Source: a virus
Length of the DNA stretch: 64,000 nt
Reading direction: 5' to 3' (one strand)
Virus record (IMG/VR): IMGVR_UViG_3300011335_000809
Coordinates: 1-64,000 of that record
A program made the position numbers and the translations under genes. Positions 19,363-30,555 of this stretch are shown here, piece by piece; position 1 is the stretch's first letter, and each line of letters begins with the position of its first letter. The notes beneath the pieces were generated by a model, which did not search any database, was not told where the DNA came from, and was given only the letters and a program-made list of their open reading frames with translations.

Positions 19363-22300
19363 TTATAAATTCATTATGTATCTTTCTAAACTTGCACTGG
19401 TTAATAAAGAAGCGGTTAATGGTAATTGTGTGAATAGTGAGTCGGTATTACCAATTGATCCGGTTGTATCACCATATGAAGGAGCATTGTTAGTTTCGAT
19501 ATTCAAACTTAAAAATCCAGGTATGGTAATAACAGGCGCACTTCCATTTGTAACACCGTCTCTATTTACAGTACTATTTTTATCGTTTTTACCCTTAATA
19601 TAAGTATAATATGTAATGTCTCCGTTTGTACTCAACTTCAACCCATTTGAAAGTATAGTCTTAGAACCACTTACAGCTTGATATTTCGTTCTGCTTCCGA
19701 CGAATGAGAACTTACTTAAGTGTCTATTAGAATATCCCGTATTAAACACGCCTTTATAGTAGTTTTTTAAGTATTTACTTCCAGTAACTTGAACGTTAAA
19801 TCCTATATAATTAGATGTGCCGGAAGTACCTGATGTACCGGACGTACCGGAAGTACCTGATGTGCCGGACGTGCCTGATGTGCCGGACGTGCCTGATGTA
19901 CCTGATGTACCTGATGTACCTACAGAATATCCTGAACCTGAACCAATAACTTGAACTTCATCAAACGAAGAAGTAAATGTTACTAAAAATCCATTGTTAT
20001 TAACAGATTGATAATAATCTTTTTTGCCTACATTAACCGTGTCTCGTACATTATATCCATTCGAATCGATATATACATACTTCCCATACTTTGCATAAAT
20101 AAAATCACGATCATCTATCACATCTTTAATTTCTAGACGAGAGTAATTATAAGTATTTTTATCTTGGGTGATATCGTTAATGTATGAACCGGTTACAATG
20201 GCAAAACTTGATGTGTTGTTAGTATTTAAAAATGATGAAGTAAACGTTGCCTTGTTGTTAAATTGTATGTCGAATTCGTTATTTGTTAAAAATTCGACAT
20301 CTCTGTAGTTAAACTTTTTACGTTCAAACAAGCTTGGTTCTAATAAAATACCTGTCAACAAATTAGATCTAGCTGGCTTTAAATTTTTTACAACATCAAA
20401 TATAGAAAAATCAATGTAGAATTTATATGTACTGTAAAATTCCTGTGGGTATATATATTTTTCATTTATTTCACCAAATTCACGTTGTAACTTAGTCAAC
20501 CCATCGTAATTTTGTTTGTTTAAATTTTGAGGTTCACCTATAATATCGGCTATACCATCTAGGCCTATAAAATTCTCTATTTTTTGATTTAAATAGTTAT
20601 ATGGGCTTATAAAAAATCCTGATAAGATAGAATCATCACCTAAACTGTCTTGTATTCTCGTCGAATAATCATACGGCGTTAAATTAGACAAAGCTATTTC
20701 CGTTATTTTATTGATTTTACCATTAATTTTGTAATTTGGCCCAAAGTTATTGGTGTTTATAGTTTGTTTGAGATCGATTTTATCAAATTGATATGGAAAT
20801 TGATTAATCATTACATTCGAACAAGTTGGATAACTATAATACTTTTCCTTTTGTCCGAAATTATAAGCAAAGAATTGGGTCTGATAATAAATATTTTGAT
20901 TATCTACAGTTGTAATAATCGATGTAGGTGAATACAAATCTACAGGCGTATCAAAACTCCATAAATAAAACAAATTAGAATAAACATTTTCTTTATTTGG
21001 TATTGATATTGAATCTAAATTATAAGAATGTTCGTCGAAATATTCATTATTAAGTGGTTCTTTTAAAATTTTAATTTTATCCAAATTTCCTATAAACGAA
21101 ACAGAAGACGAATAATTACCTATATAATAGCTGCCCGATGAAAAATTCTTGTTTGTATTATAATTTATAATTTTACGTTTTGTCGATGAGAAATTCTTAA
21201 CACTTCCGTCATATTGATTAATTGATAAACTATATACGTATGGAATTAATTCTTTTGATGACTTAATAAAATAAGAAGAGGTTAATATTGTTTTTTGAGA
21301 TGCTAATGTGACGTAATTGTTATCGTCTTCCACCACATAATCATTGTCGTCTTCTATAATAAACGGGGTAACCGTATTAGTAATTTTACTTGAACTAACA
21401 ATCAACTTATCGAAATCCCCAAGAACAGGTTCACGCTTTAACATAGCAGTGAAAATGTCGCCGTTCAATAATGGCATTTCATTTAATGTCAAACTGGACG
21501 TGATGTTACCCAATTCATACGGGTGTATTTCAAATACTAATTGACCACTGTTAACTTGCTTTGATTTTTTTATAAATAAATTCCAATCGGATTTTTTATT
21601 TCTAAATTTCGACATCAATTGTATCTTGTCGCCGAAATTATAATTGGTCGATTTAAATCTAAAAGAAAATTCAATCGTGGATATACCATTAAACCGTGAT
21701 GTGTATTCTGTGCTACTAGTGAATGTATTAATATTGGAGCCAGATGCATAGTAGCTACTAGTGATATAAATAAAATCACTACTAGTATGTTGAAAATTCA
21801 AGAAATTATTTTCCTTGAAATCCGTCATATAAATAATATCGTCGTATACGAAGTAGTTGTCACGATTAGAAAAAGCGTCAGCACTTCCATACTCTCTAGT
21901 GGATATTAATCCAGCTGGAATACCAAATATAGTACGTATCATTTCAAATGAATTAATAGTACCCTTGGCTTTATATACAGATGAAATATTATTTGCGAAC
22001 CTATTTAAAATTGATTTTGTATAATCAAAATAAGAAGCGGAATTATAACTTGAAATTTCCTGGTTATTGAAATATAATTGATTTAAATCACTCTGTGAAA
22101 ATTTGCCAATGTCAATCCCCCAGTTAAAACTATTCAATAATTCATCTATATAATTCTTTGGATAGTAATTTGAATCATCATTAGAAATAGGATATGCTTT
22201 AGGAAACTTCTTAATGAATACTAATATATTATCGAAAAAATGACCTGTCATCGCAGTGAATTTTATGTAATCTGCGGAATCTGAGTCATCCTTGACATAT

Positions 22301-24018
22301 TCAGGAAGTTGATATACCAAACTATTATAGTTCTCCGAATCATATGTAATAGCTTCGTCGATTTTGACATCTATACTAGATGAATTAAAAAACAAATAGG
22401 ATTCGTACTCATCAAATGTATCCAGTAATGTGATTTGTTGAGCTGTCTTCTGATTAACCAACTGACTATAAGAAGATGAAATTGTTGCACTTGTATTTGT
22501 TGCGGAATTAATAGTCGATATCTTAACAGATTCAAGTTGATTATAATCTCTGATCTTATTCTTAGCAATTTTAGTACGCAATTCAGCTGATGAATAATTA
22601 ATAAAATTATTAAAATCTGTATAATCAATATATAAATCATTATACTTTTCTTTTAATCTTATCTTCGATTTATCTAAAGTAAACGCGTCATTACTTTGAT
22701 ATCTTTGTGTGGATGGATTTACCGTATTAACTTGAACATCAAAATTTATATCGTTTAAAAATACTTTTCTTGATATCTTTGAAGTAAATAAGTTAACTTT
22801 AAAATAAATTGGAGCAATTGATATGTTTGATATCCAACACGTAGATTTTATATTATATTGAGACGGTAGTGGGGCATCTAATTTTACTTGTACGTTAAAA
22901 GTGTCATCTATTGGATTTAAATAATTTGTATGATCTAGAATTTTTATTAAATTTCCATTGTCGAAATTTAATGCGTTCTTATAATAACCATAATATTTTG
23001 TTCTATAATTTTCCAATAAACTGGTTACGTTTGGTAATATCCAGTCAGTATAAATTGTTCGTTCAAACAACCCCAATATATTTTGTAAATCAATATCGTT
23101 TATAGAACTTTTTTGCAATACTCTGTCTTGTGATACTTTTAATGTGATGATTCTGAAAGACTCCAGTATTTCTTGACTGGTAAATTCTATATTATTATAT
23201 GTGTATATGAAATTGTTAATTTGTTCCTGTACACCTGAAAATTTACTTGTCTGTAAAATCGTATTATCAGTATCATTATTTAATTTAATGATAGAGTTAT
23301 ATCCGACGTATGTTGATGTTATAAATTCTTGCAGTTCCGCTTCACTTTTAAGACCCAACTTCAAACAAATATCTACATAATTATACTTATCTTTATTTAA
23401 CAGAAAGTCTTGTTCAATTGGATTGTTTTTGATAATCTCAATTAAATCTTGATATATTCTTAATAACAAATATTTTTTATCAGCGAATGCTTTTATCTTG
23501 ACAACATCTAATCTAGATGATTCATTTTTTGTTGTATCAAATGCATAAGACAATCTTATCTCGGTTCTACTGGGAGATATTTCTTTTATAACTAATTTAT
23601 TTGTCGGATTACCAGCTATATTTCTAATTGGGTTATATAACAAATAATACAAACCTGGTCCAACTCCACTAGCATTTAAATCAAATTGTGGATGTAATAA
23701 AATATCATCTCCGTGTGATACAATATTTGTAAATGGATTTGCAAATTTATACGATCTCAGTGTATTGTTAATATCTCTATAACTCCCTTGTAATACAGAA
23801 TATGTAATTGATGGGATTATTCTATTAAAATTTACAAATTGTTGATTGTTGTTATAAAGAGTAAATTCAAATAAATCGTCATCTGATTCTCCGTAAAATA
23901 CATCCTTATTAACCAATTGTTGTTCGTACAAAGACTGTAAATTGGCATTGAAATAAGATGCACTCGTAATACCCTTATTCAAATCATTATCATTTATTGT
24001 CAAATAGTCGTAGGGCAT
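19363..24018 (-). CDS. Large virion/baseplate wedge-like protein
   Basis: 1551 aa; LPEY..., YKAKGTINSF..IFGIP, LKPARS motifs of baseplate wedge-like proteins; location in baseplate cluster. Confidence 0.65.
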   Translation of the reverse strand: MPYDYLTINDNDLNKGITSASYFNANLQSLYEQQLVNKDVFYGESDDDLFEFTLYNNNQQFVNFNRIIPSITYSVLQGSYRDINNTLRSYKFANPFTNIVSHGDDILLHPQFDLNASGVGPGLYYLLYNPIRNIAGNPTNKLVIKEISPSRTEIRLSYAFDTTKNESSRLDVVKIKAFADKKYLLLRIYQDLIEIIKNNPIEQDFLLNKDKYNYVDICLKLGLKSEAELQEFITSTYVGYNSIIKLNNDTDNTILQTSKFSGVQEQINNFIYTYNNIEFTSQEILESFRIITLKVSQDRVLQKSSINDIDLQNILGLFERTIYTDWILPNVTSLLENYRTKYYGYYKNALNFDNGNLIKILDHTNYLNPIDDTFNVQVKLDAPLPSQYNIKSTCWISNISIAPIYFKVNLFTSKISRKVFLNDINFDVQVNTVNPSTQRYQSNDAFTLDKSKIRLKEKYNDLYIDYTDFNNFINYSSAELRTKIAKNKIRDYNQLESVKISTINSATNTSATISSSYSQLVNQKTAQQITLLDTFDEYESYLFFNSSSIDVKIDEAITYDSENYNSLVYQLPEYVKDDSDSADYIKFTAMTGHFFDNILVFIKKFPKAYPISNDDSNYYPKNYIDELLNSFNWGIDIGKFSQSDLNQLYFNNQEISSYNSASYFDYTKSILNRFANNISSVYKAKGTINSFEMIRTIFGIPAGLISTREYGSADAFSNRDNYFVYDDIIYMTDFKENNFLNFQHTSSDFIYITSSYYASGSNINTFTSSTEYTSRFNGISTIEFSFRFKSTNYNFGDKIQLMSKFRNKKSDWNLFIKKSKQVNSGQLVFEIHPYELGNITSSLTLNEMPLLNGDIFTAMLKREPVLGDFDKLIVSSSKITNTVTPFIIEDDNDYVVEDDNNYVTLASQKTILTSSYFIKSSKELIPYVYSLSINQYDGSVKNFSSTKRKIINYNTNKNFSSGSYYIGNYSSSVSFIGNLDKIKILKEPLNNEYFDEHSYNLDSISIPNKENVYSNLFYLWSFDTPVDLYSPTSIITTVDNQNIYYQTQFFAYNFGQKEKYYSYPTCSNVMINQFPYQFDKIDLKQTINTNNFGPNYKINGKINKITEIALSNLTPYDYSTRIQDSLGDDSILSGFFISPYNYLNQKIENFIGLDGIADIIGEPQNLNKQNYDGLTKLQREFGEINEKYIYPQEFYSTYKFYIDFSIFDVVKNLKPARSNLLTGILLEPSLFERKKFNYRDVEFLTNNEFDIQFNNKATFTSSFLNTNNTSSFAIVTGSYINDITQDKNTYNYSRLEIKDVIDDRDFIYAKYGKYVYIDSNGYNVRDTVNVGKKDYYQSVNNNGFLVTFTSSFDEVQVIGSGSGYSVGTSGTSGTSGTSGTSGTSGTSGTSGTSGTSGTSGTSNYIGFNVQVTGSKYLKNYYKGVFNTGYSNRHLSKFSFVGSRTKYQAVSGSKTILSNGLKLSTNGDITYYTYIKGKNDKNSTVNRDGVTNGSAPVITIPGFLSLNIETNNAPSYGDTTGSIGNTDSLFTQLPLTASLLTSASLERYIMNL
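19813..19920 (-). repeat. 9-nt tandem repeat encoding (Gly-Thr-Ser)x12
   Basis: Synonymously varied GGT/GGC ACA/ACG/ACT TCA/TCC units. Confidence 0.95.
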
Positions 24019-24019
24019 A

Positions 24020-24496
24020 TTAAGAAGTTAATGGTAAAAATGGATAGTCGTCGTCAAAATCTGAAAGAACTTTTCCTTGTCCCAATTTGATTCTCAAACC
24101 AATAATTTCGTTTTTCATAGCAGAGATAACTTGTTTATCATCGTTATTTTCGTATTTTTCGACCAAACTATTTACTGTTTGATTTAAAATTCTATTTTCT
24201 TCGATCAAATTATTATACTGAATTATAACATCTGTCAAATTTCTTTTTTCTTCGACTTCGGATGTTTGTAATTCATTGAATGATACAGTTGATGTATCAG
24301 CGATTTTGCTTTCATTATATAAAAAACTTTTAATTGGCAATTTAATATAATTGAATTTGCCTTCAAATGATTGTGATATGTTGTAAACTAATTGGTCATT
24401 TCCAAAATCATCAAAGTTATTTTGAAACGTACCAAAGTCTTTAAATGCTTGTATATCACTTAAAGATATATTATATACTAATGGTATATTTGCCAT
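24020..24496 (-). CDS. Hypothetical protein with coiled coil
   Basis: 158-aa ORF tightly packed in operon. Confidence 0.7.
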   Translation of the reverse strand: MANIPLVYNISLSDIQAFKDFGTFQNNFDDFGNDQLVYNISQSFEGKFNYIKLPIKSFLYNESKIADTSTVSFNELQTSEVEEKRNLTDVIIQYNNLIEENRILNQTVNSLVEKYENNDDKQVISAMKNEIIGLRIKLGQGKVLSDFDDDYPFLPLTS

Positions 24497-24497
24497 A

Positions 24498-26390
24498 CTA
24501 ACGAGTTATTTTAAATATTTTTCCAGTATCAACGATGTCAACTGTTCCATCTTTGTACTCCACCTTAATAAATACTGTTAAATAACGTTCTTGAGGTAAT
24601 CCACTAGTATTTAATTTAAAATAGTTACCATACGATGTATCACAACTTAATTTACTATACTCATCAAAGTTAATTAAAACCTCCTCAGATTCAGCATCTT
24701 TTACCATATAATAGGAAGAAGTTGGCAAATACTTAGGAGTGACCATTGCTGGTTGTTGATATGCTTTATTAAATGATTTTAGAGGATACTTATCTCTTGC
24801 AAAAACAAATATTTTAGCAACACTACCAGCTTTATACGCACTGTTTAATGTCTGTAATGTAATTAGATTTTGTATAGAAGATGACACTGGTTTTAAACTA
24901 CCTGTGTTAAATACAGCGTCATTCCAACCGACATCAATATATGGACTATAAATTGTATTGGTGTCTTTGCTGAAGAACTGTAACAATCCATTAGTTGGTT
25001 GAAGAGGAGGTGTACTTATTTCAAATGAACTCAATAACATAAGTCCCTGATTTGGAATACAACCACACAACCAAGAACGCACAATTTGTGTTATATCCAT
25101 TGATATATCACTTTGATTACCATAACTGAATGACTGACTACAAATCAATCCACCGTTTACCAATGATGGAAACGAAGTAGAGTTGCAAATCCATTTTGGT
25201 TTATTCGTATAAGAAGTTGGAACTTTATAATACCAAGTACCACCTTGATTTTGAAAACTAGCACTTGAATATGAAGATGTTAATAGATAATTTACTTGTT
25301 GATAACTATTTGTGATTTTATTACCATACCATAAATTACTACCTGAGTAACTTCTATTGTTCCAAGTAGCACCCAGTTGAGAACCATCGTCTGCATATCT
25401 ACCATTTCCATTTTCCCAACTTTGACTTATTGGATAAGCATATATAGAGTAATTTAACGGGAGATTTCTCATACCACATGCTTTTAAATTGAGTGTAAAT
25501 TTTAACTTAGAACTACTAATTTCGTTCTTAGAAATAGACTGACTCAATGTAGTTAAATCAAACTTAATTAATGTTCTGCTAAACTCAGGATAGTTTAAAT
25601 ATGTAGCTGTCGAAGGAGATTTAAAAGACCCACTATATTTACCTTTGAAGTAACCGGCAAAATTTGTGACATCAGCGTAATACAATTTACTGGAGGTTAA
25701 AGTTTCTATATATAACTTAGAAGTCGAACCACTGAAACTTCCTGTAAATGATCCTGAATTAAAAGCTCTTACCGGAGAATAAAAACTGGAGCTACACGGT
25801 ATGCCTGTGTTTGATTTCCCTAATATTCTTCCTCTTAAATTTTTAAAGCTTCCTGTACCTGTCAAAGATGACGTTAATGGACTTGTTGTGTATGTGCGTT
25901 TGTTTACTTTTAAATTCGTGAAAAAACTACCAACTCTTACAGAACCAGAAAAACTACCTGTACTCCAACTTCCTGTAAAGAATGAGTAACTGGTTATATT
26001 CATACTACCTGTAAATGATCCGGATGCATAATTTGCTGATCCAGAAATATAAAGTGGTTTTTTTGGGTTAGTAGTTACATTGGATAGTCTACCTGTAAAA
26101 TTAGCAATAAATGATGTATTTGGTATTACCGAAGATGTAAGATTAAAAGCATACCACTTACTACCGGAATAAATGAACAATGAAGATGTGGTGTATGCCA
26201 ACCATCCATTATTACCATATGAAGAGGCAGTAAGAGGAGCAGTATGCCAATTTGGATCTGTGTACACAGTTTTTTTGCCTGCGTTTGACGCATATATTTC
26301 TAATATCTCGTCTATTCCAAAATTTTTGTTTTGGAATTTGTTAGAATTATTAATATAAGTGTCTTGAGATGGATAAATGAAAATATGCAT
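24498..26390 (-). CDS. Virion structural protein with GSF(T/S)GS repeats and DNRLRE-like domain
   Basis: DTYI...NFG.DEILE, SRTLIKFDL, AYPISQSW, DITQIVRSW..NQGLML pattern. Confidence 0.6.
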   Translation of the reverse strand: MHIFIYPSQDTYINNSNKFQNKNFGIDEILEIYASNAGKKTVYTDPNWHTAPLTASSYGNNGWLAYTTSSLFIYSGSKWYAFNLTSSVIPNTSFIANFTGRLSNVTTNPKKPLYISGSANYASGSFTGSMNITSYSFFTGSWSTGSFSGSVRVGSFFTNLKVNKRTYTTSPLTSSLTGTGSFKNLRGRILGKSNTGIPCSSSFYSPVRAFNSGSFTGSFSGSTSKLYIETLTSSKLYYADVTNFAGYFKGKYSGSFKSPSTATYLNYPEFSRTLIKFDLTTLSQSISKNEISSSKLKFTLNLKACGMRNLPLNYSIYAYPISQSWENGNGRYADDGSQLGATWNNRSYSGSNLWYGNKITNSYQQVNYLLTSSYSSASFQNQGGTWYYKVPTSYTNKPKWICNSTSFPSLVNGGLICSQSFSYGNQSDISMDITQIVRSWLCGCIPNQGLMLLSSFEISTPPLQPTNGLLQFFSKDTNTIYSPYIDVGWNDAVFNTGSLKPVSSSIQNLITLQTLNSAYKAGSVAKIFVFARDKYPLKSFNKAYQQPAMVTPKYLPTSSYYMVKDAESEEVLINFDEYSKLSCDTSYGNYFKLNTSGLPQERYLTVFIKVEYKDGTVDIVDTGKIFKITR

Positions 26391-26391
26391 A

Positions 26392-28377
26392 TTATACTAC
26401 CAATCCTTTTATATCGTTGTCAGGATATTTAATTTCAAATACTGATGGGTCTTTTGATGGATAGAGAATATTATTTTGTGTAGCAATACTTACGTTATAT
26501 GCTATAGGTGAATAATTACCATCGTCAATTGTTAAATTCTTAATCTTCAACTCAATTACAGATTGGACTCCTTCGTTTTTCATTATTTCAAAATTGAGTT
26601 GACTGAGATTTATCGGTTGGTTAAAACTAATATTATCAATATTCAAATAGTTTTTTACAGATTGAATACAATTATTTAATACGTCTCGTTTATTAAAACC
26701 AGTGAATACTGTAATTTTAAAATCCAATCCTAAATTGATAATATAACCATCAATAATATTAATTTTATCCGTGAGGATTTTGAAATTATTTAGATAGCTT
26801 ATTAAATTTTGCAACGTAGCGGGATTCAATGTTGTCAAATTTTTATTAACATCATACCCTAACAAATAAAGATTGTTTGTAAATGGATTACTCGCTTCTA
26901 AAAACTTTCTTCTATCCAATGGATTTAACGGATTTAAATCTAATGCTTCATTTCCGCCTTCAGTTATTACACCTTTTATTAATTGGTTATATTGAATACG
27001 TCTATTTGAATTGCTTTCAACGTATGCTTTTGAAATATTACCCAAATAAGTTGGCAATGAATACACTCTTAGTAGAATATCATCAGAAGTAACCATTCTA
27101 TTTTGAGAAGAAAAGTTTAATATAGCATTTTGGCGTATTTCCTCATTTGTATCTGCATCATTACCGCCAGTTGATGAAAGTGGATTATTCACTCTCAGTG
27201 AATTTTTAAAATTGTTTAACAGAATAACTTCGCTATCAGTTAAACCGGTTACATCATTTAAATAGTCAGTACTAGCAATCTTATTTATTTCATCAGAATT
27301 TACATTCGAATCTAAACCACCACCAACGACGTAATTAACTGTCAATGTTGTATTTGATGGAGACACGCCATATGAATTGGCCTTTAATACATTTGTACCA
27401 TCTAAAGATATATTTAAATTCTTTAAATTGGATAAAGCTACACCGACATTGGTTGGGTTTGGTATAATAACTGTATTTTCATAATTTTCCGTATTTGCTC
27501 CAAATTGAATATAAGTAAAATTATTCTGATCCACAGTTGTGATAAATCTACGTTCAGTTCTTAGATATTTTAAAATCTTAGGAGTTTCATTTCTATATGG
27601 TGATAATGTTTGATTGGTAAGAGGTACATTATCAATTAAAAGTGGAATTGTATCCTGCGCTAGATACTGGGTTTCATAGTAATTGTTTCCATTAGAATCT
27701 ACCACACTGATTATTTTAACTACGTTGGTTTCATCTAACTTTATTTTCAAAAATGATTGTGGGTCTCCAACACTAAATGTTTTTGATATTATTCTACCAG
27801 AATAACATTGCGTAGATTTCTTAATCAAGTAAAATAATGGCGCTCCTGTATTATCACGATTGTAAACACTTATTTGTCTTGGGGAAAATAAAGTGTCTTG
27901 ACTAAAATCTACACTTTCTTCGACTATAAATGACACACCTGATACACTAGATAGTTGCGTATATGGTTTTAGAATCAAGCAGTATCGTTCATCAGGTACA
28001 TATTCGCCATTAACGCCCGAAGTACGTGTAGCGGGCAACAATTGAAACAATTCTACATTAGTGGATGATACTGAAGATACTTTCGGTTTATATCCCAAAA
28101 ATTGAGCTTGGTTTATAATATTTTTACGTTCACCCGCAAATTGAATAAAACTTTCTTTAAATTGATAATCGGTGTAATATGACAATACATCTCCCACAAA
28201 AGCCGCTTGTTCGATGAAGATTTGGCCTGGGGAACTTTCACTGAAATCTTTATAACTTTGTGGATAATACTGTTTAGTGAAATCGATCAGTTGTTGTTTT
28301 AAAGAAGTAAAATCACGATTTAAATACAAAACGTCTTTTGTATTAGCCTTGAATGTTTTGTTAATTAATTGTTGCAT
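26392..28377 (-). CDS. Baseplate wedge subunit (T4 gp6 / baseplate J-like)
   Basis: YLNRDF..LK..L, DFSESSPG, GDVLSYY.D, GG.DADTNEEIR, QNRMVT.DD. Confidence 0.88.
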   Translation of the reverse strand: MQQLINKTFKANTKDVLYLNRDFTSLKQQLIDFTKQYYPQSYKDFSESSPGQIFIEQAAFVGDVLSYYTDYQFKESFIQFAGERKNIINQAQFLGYKPKVSSVSSTNVELFQLLPATRTSGVNGEYVPDERYCLILKPYTQLSSVSGVSFIVEESVDFSQDTLFSPRQISVYNRDNTGAPLFYLIKKSTQCYSGRIISKTFSVGDPQSFLKIKLDETNVVKIISVVDSNGNNYYETQYLAQDTIPLLIDNVPLTNQTLSPYRNETPKILKYLRTERRFITTVDQNNFTYIQFGANTENYENTVIIPNPTNVGVALSNLKNLNISLDGTNVLKANSYGVSPSNTTLTVNYVVGGGLDSNVNSDEINKIASTDYLNDVTGLTDSEVILLNNFKNSLRVNNPLSSTGGNDADTNEEIRQNAILNFSSQNRMVTSDDILLRVYSLPTYLGNISKAYVESNSNRRIQYNQLIKGVITEGGNEALDLNPLNPLDRRKFLEASNPFTNNLYLLGYDVNKNLTTLNPATLQNLISYLNNFKILTDKINIIDGYIINLGLDFKITVFTGFNKRDVLNNCIQSVKNYLNIDNISFNQPINLSQLNFEIMKNEGVQSVIELKIKNLTIDDGNYSPIAYNVSIATQNNILYPSKDPSVFEIKYPDNDIKGLVV

Positions 28378-28778
28378 TATATATTATTGTTTGTGATGAT
28401 CACTTCAGTTGTCGATTTTAATTCTTTGTAACTAAAGGCTACTTTTATAAATATTTTATTATAATTATTATTTACAACATCATTTTCCAATAATTGAACT
28501 TTAACGTCTTCAACTATTATACCATTCATAAATCTATTTACATCATTTTGAATAAGATTTACTAACATCGGTAACATTTCACCCAATTCATTTTGATCAA
28601 ACAATACTTTATATAATGAAGAACCAAATGCATTATTGAACCTACGTTCTCCAGGTTTGGTTAATAAAAGATTGCGTATATTACTAGAAACTTGAGAAAT
28701 AGTATCAGTATTTGTTTCAAAATAACCATCTTGACCCAATCTAAAAGGTATTTTAAGTCCTAGTGCTTTTTTAGCCAT
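28377..28778 (-). CDS. Baseplate gp25/GPW-like protein
   Basis: NIRNLLLTKPGERRFNNAFGSSL motif. Confidence 0.88.
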   Translation of the reverse strand: MAKKALGLKIPFRLGQDGYFETNTDTISQVSSNIRNLLLTKPGERRFNNAFGSSLYKVLFDQNELGEMLPMLVNLIQNDVNRFMNGIIVEDVKVQLLENDVVNNNYNKIFIKVAFSYKELKSTTEVIITNNNI

Positions 28779-28780
28779 AA

Positions 28781-29260
28781 TTAAACCTTAGACTTCTTAC
28801 TATCCACTGCTTTTAGTAAAGCCCGATAATCTCTGTTTATCGCTGAATAAACTCCTTTTACAGGAGCAGGAGCATTTTCAGGCACTTTGGTCTCTGTTAT
28901 AACTTCTTGTGTACCACCTCCATATCCGCCCATCATACTAACCATACTACCTTCTTGTGGCACACCACCAGTGGTTTGGTTTAAAATATCATTCAACATT
29001 GGGTTACTGGTATACTTTACAAACTTCTTTGTAGGTTTAACTTGTTCCTCAACAACATCAGATTCATTCATCACATCCAATTCTTTTAGAATTTGTTGTT
29101 CCAAATCAGATTCAGATGAAACAGCTGATTTTTTCTTGGCTTGAATAACTTCTTTAGAGAATATTTCTGCCAATTGAAGTTTAAGTTCAGATTGTACTAC
29201 ACTTCGTACCTCTTGTTGTACCGTTTTCTTAATGAATTCTTTTAATATATCTATTTTCAT
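28781..29260 (-). CDS. Hypothetical phage protein
   Basis: 159-aa ORF; N-term LKEFIKKTVQQEV. Confidence 0.7.
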   Translation of the reverse strand: MKIDILKEFIKKTVQQEVRSVVQSELKLQLAEIFSKEVIQAKKKSAVSSESDLEQQILKELDVMNESDVVEEQVKPTKKFVKYTSNPMLNDILNQTTGGVPQEGSMVSMMGGYGGGTQEVITETKVPENAPAPVKGVYSAINRDYRALLKAVDSKKSKV

Positions 29261-29313
29261 ATTATTATATATAATTATTAACCCAAACTAGATTTAGGTA
29301 AATTTAATAATGC

Positions 29314-30525
29314 TTATACGATTTTTATATTAGATGGTCTTGGTATCTTGACTATCTTAATACGAGGTGTACTAGGTGGCTTTGGTATATTTGGTTTAGG
29401 CATATCCTTCTTTATGCTGGCTAATTTAGCCGCCGCTGCACCAACTGCTCCTCCTGATACAGCTCCAATTAAAGCACCTTTTCCACCCCCAACTATTCCA
29501 CCTATTCCAGCTCCTAATCCACCGCCAGCTAAAGCTCCTCCTGTTACACCTCCGACGGATAATCCGGCACCAAGTGCAGTACCACTCAATCCGCCTATTA
29601 ATGCTCCTTTACCACCCCCAGCTAAAGCCCCTACTCCAGCACCAAGAGCACCACCTAATAACCCACCTTTTAACCCTTTGGCTAATTCGGAAGTGGATTC
29701 AACCATACCTGTTTTAGCATTTACAAATTTATCATTTCCAGCTATAGATTCAGGACTAAACTTATTAGGCGACCAATCCTTACCCAAACCATCCGGTTTA
29801 CCAATTGCACTTTGTGTTTTATCAGCTGCACTTTTAACTTGAGATGTAGCACTACTTGCTGCGTCCTGGGCTTTTGAGGCTGCTTGTTGTGCTGCATTTG
29901 CATCTAACCCCTTTACTTCTTGTGTTGGGAGTTTTATGTTAGGATTATCTACTACAGGAGCTTTGTTAACTACTCCTGATATCGTTTGTGTAGGTGGTCC
30001 TACTAAAGCAGGATCTGGATCGGTAAATGGATCTTGTCGTTCCACTTTTATACCTTTACCAGAACCACTAAGTTGATCGGATAGTGTTCGTACAAGAGAT
30101 TCTCTTGCTTCTTTAAACGCATAAAGAAAAGCTTCTTCAGGAGTTTTACCTACAGAAATTAAACTTTTATTGGCAGCAGCTATAATTACTCGTAAAGTTT
30201 TACCAGTTGACGTTATTCTTGGAACTTTAACATCTCCACTCAAAACTAAAAATACTCTAAAAAGACCCGTAAGTTCGTCACGGACTGTTGTTGAAAAGTT
30301 TCCATTTAAATCAAAACTCCATTCATTTGGAAATCTTGCGTCCGGAGATAAATTTCTTACGGGTACATCAAATACAGATGAAGCTGATTGATCAGTTTTT
30401 AAATTTGGATTAACAAGATCAATTTTAGAATAAAAAGCATTTATTGCTTTTCTATATTCATTAGCATTAAATACTGCGCCATTCCAAGGCACCACTTGTG
30501 TATAAGATATATAATAGTTACTCAT
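29314..30525 (-). CDS. Hypothetical protein with tandem glycine-zipper helices
   Basis: GGxxGAGxGxxxGGGKGALIG repeated near C-terminus. Confidence 0.7.
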   Translation of the reverse strand: MSNYYISYTQVVPWNGAVFNANEYRKAINAFYSKIDLVNPNLKTDQSASSVFDVPVRNLSPDARFPNEWSFDLNGNFSTTVRDELTGLFRVFLVLSGDVKVPRITSTGKTLRVIIAAANKSLISVGKTPEEAFLYAFKEARESLVRTLSDQLSGSGKGIKVERQDPFTDPDPALVGPPTQTISGVVNKAPVVDNPNIKLPTQEVKGLDANAAQQAASKAQDAASSATSQVKSAADKTQSAIGKPDGLGKDWSPNKFSPESIAGNDKFVNAKTGMVESTSELAKGLKGGLLGGALGAGVGALAGGGKGALIGGLSGTALGAGLSVGGVTGGALAGGGLGAGIGGIVGGGKGALIGAVSGGAVGAAAAKLASIKKDMPKPNIPKPPSTPRIKIVKIPRPSNIKIV

Positions 30526-30555
30526 TATATTTAATTAATTACTCTTTTTAATCTA

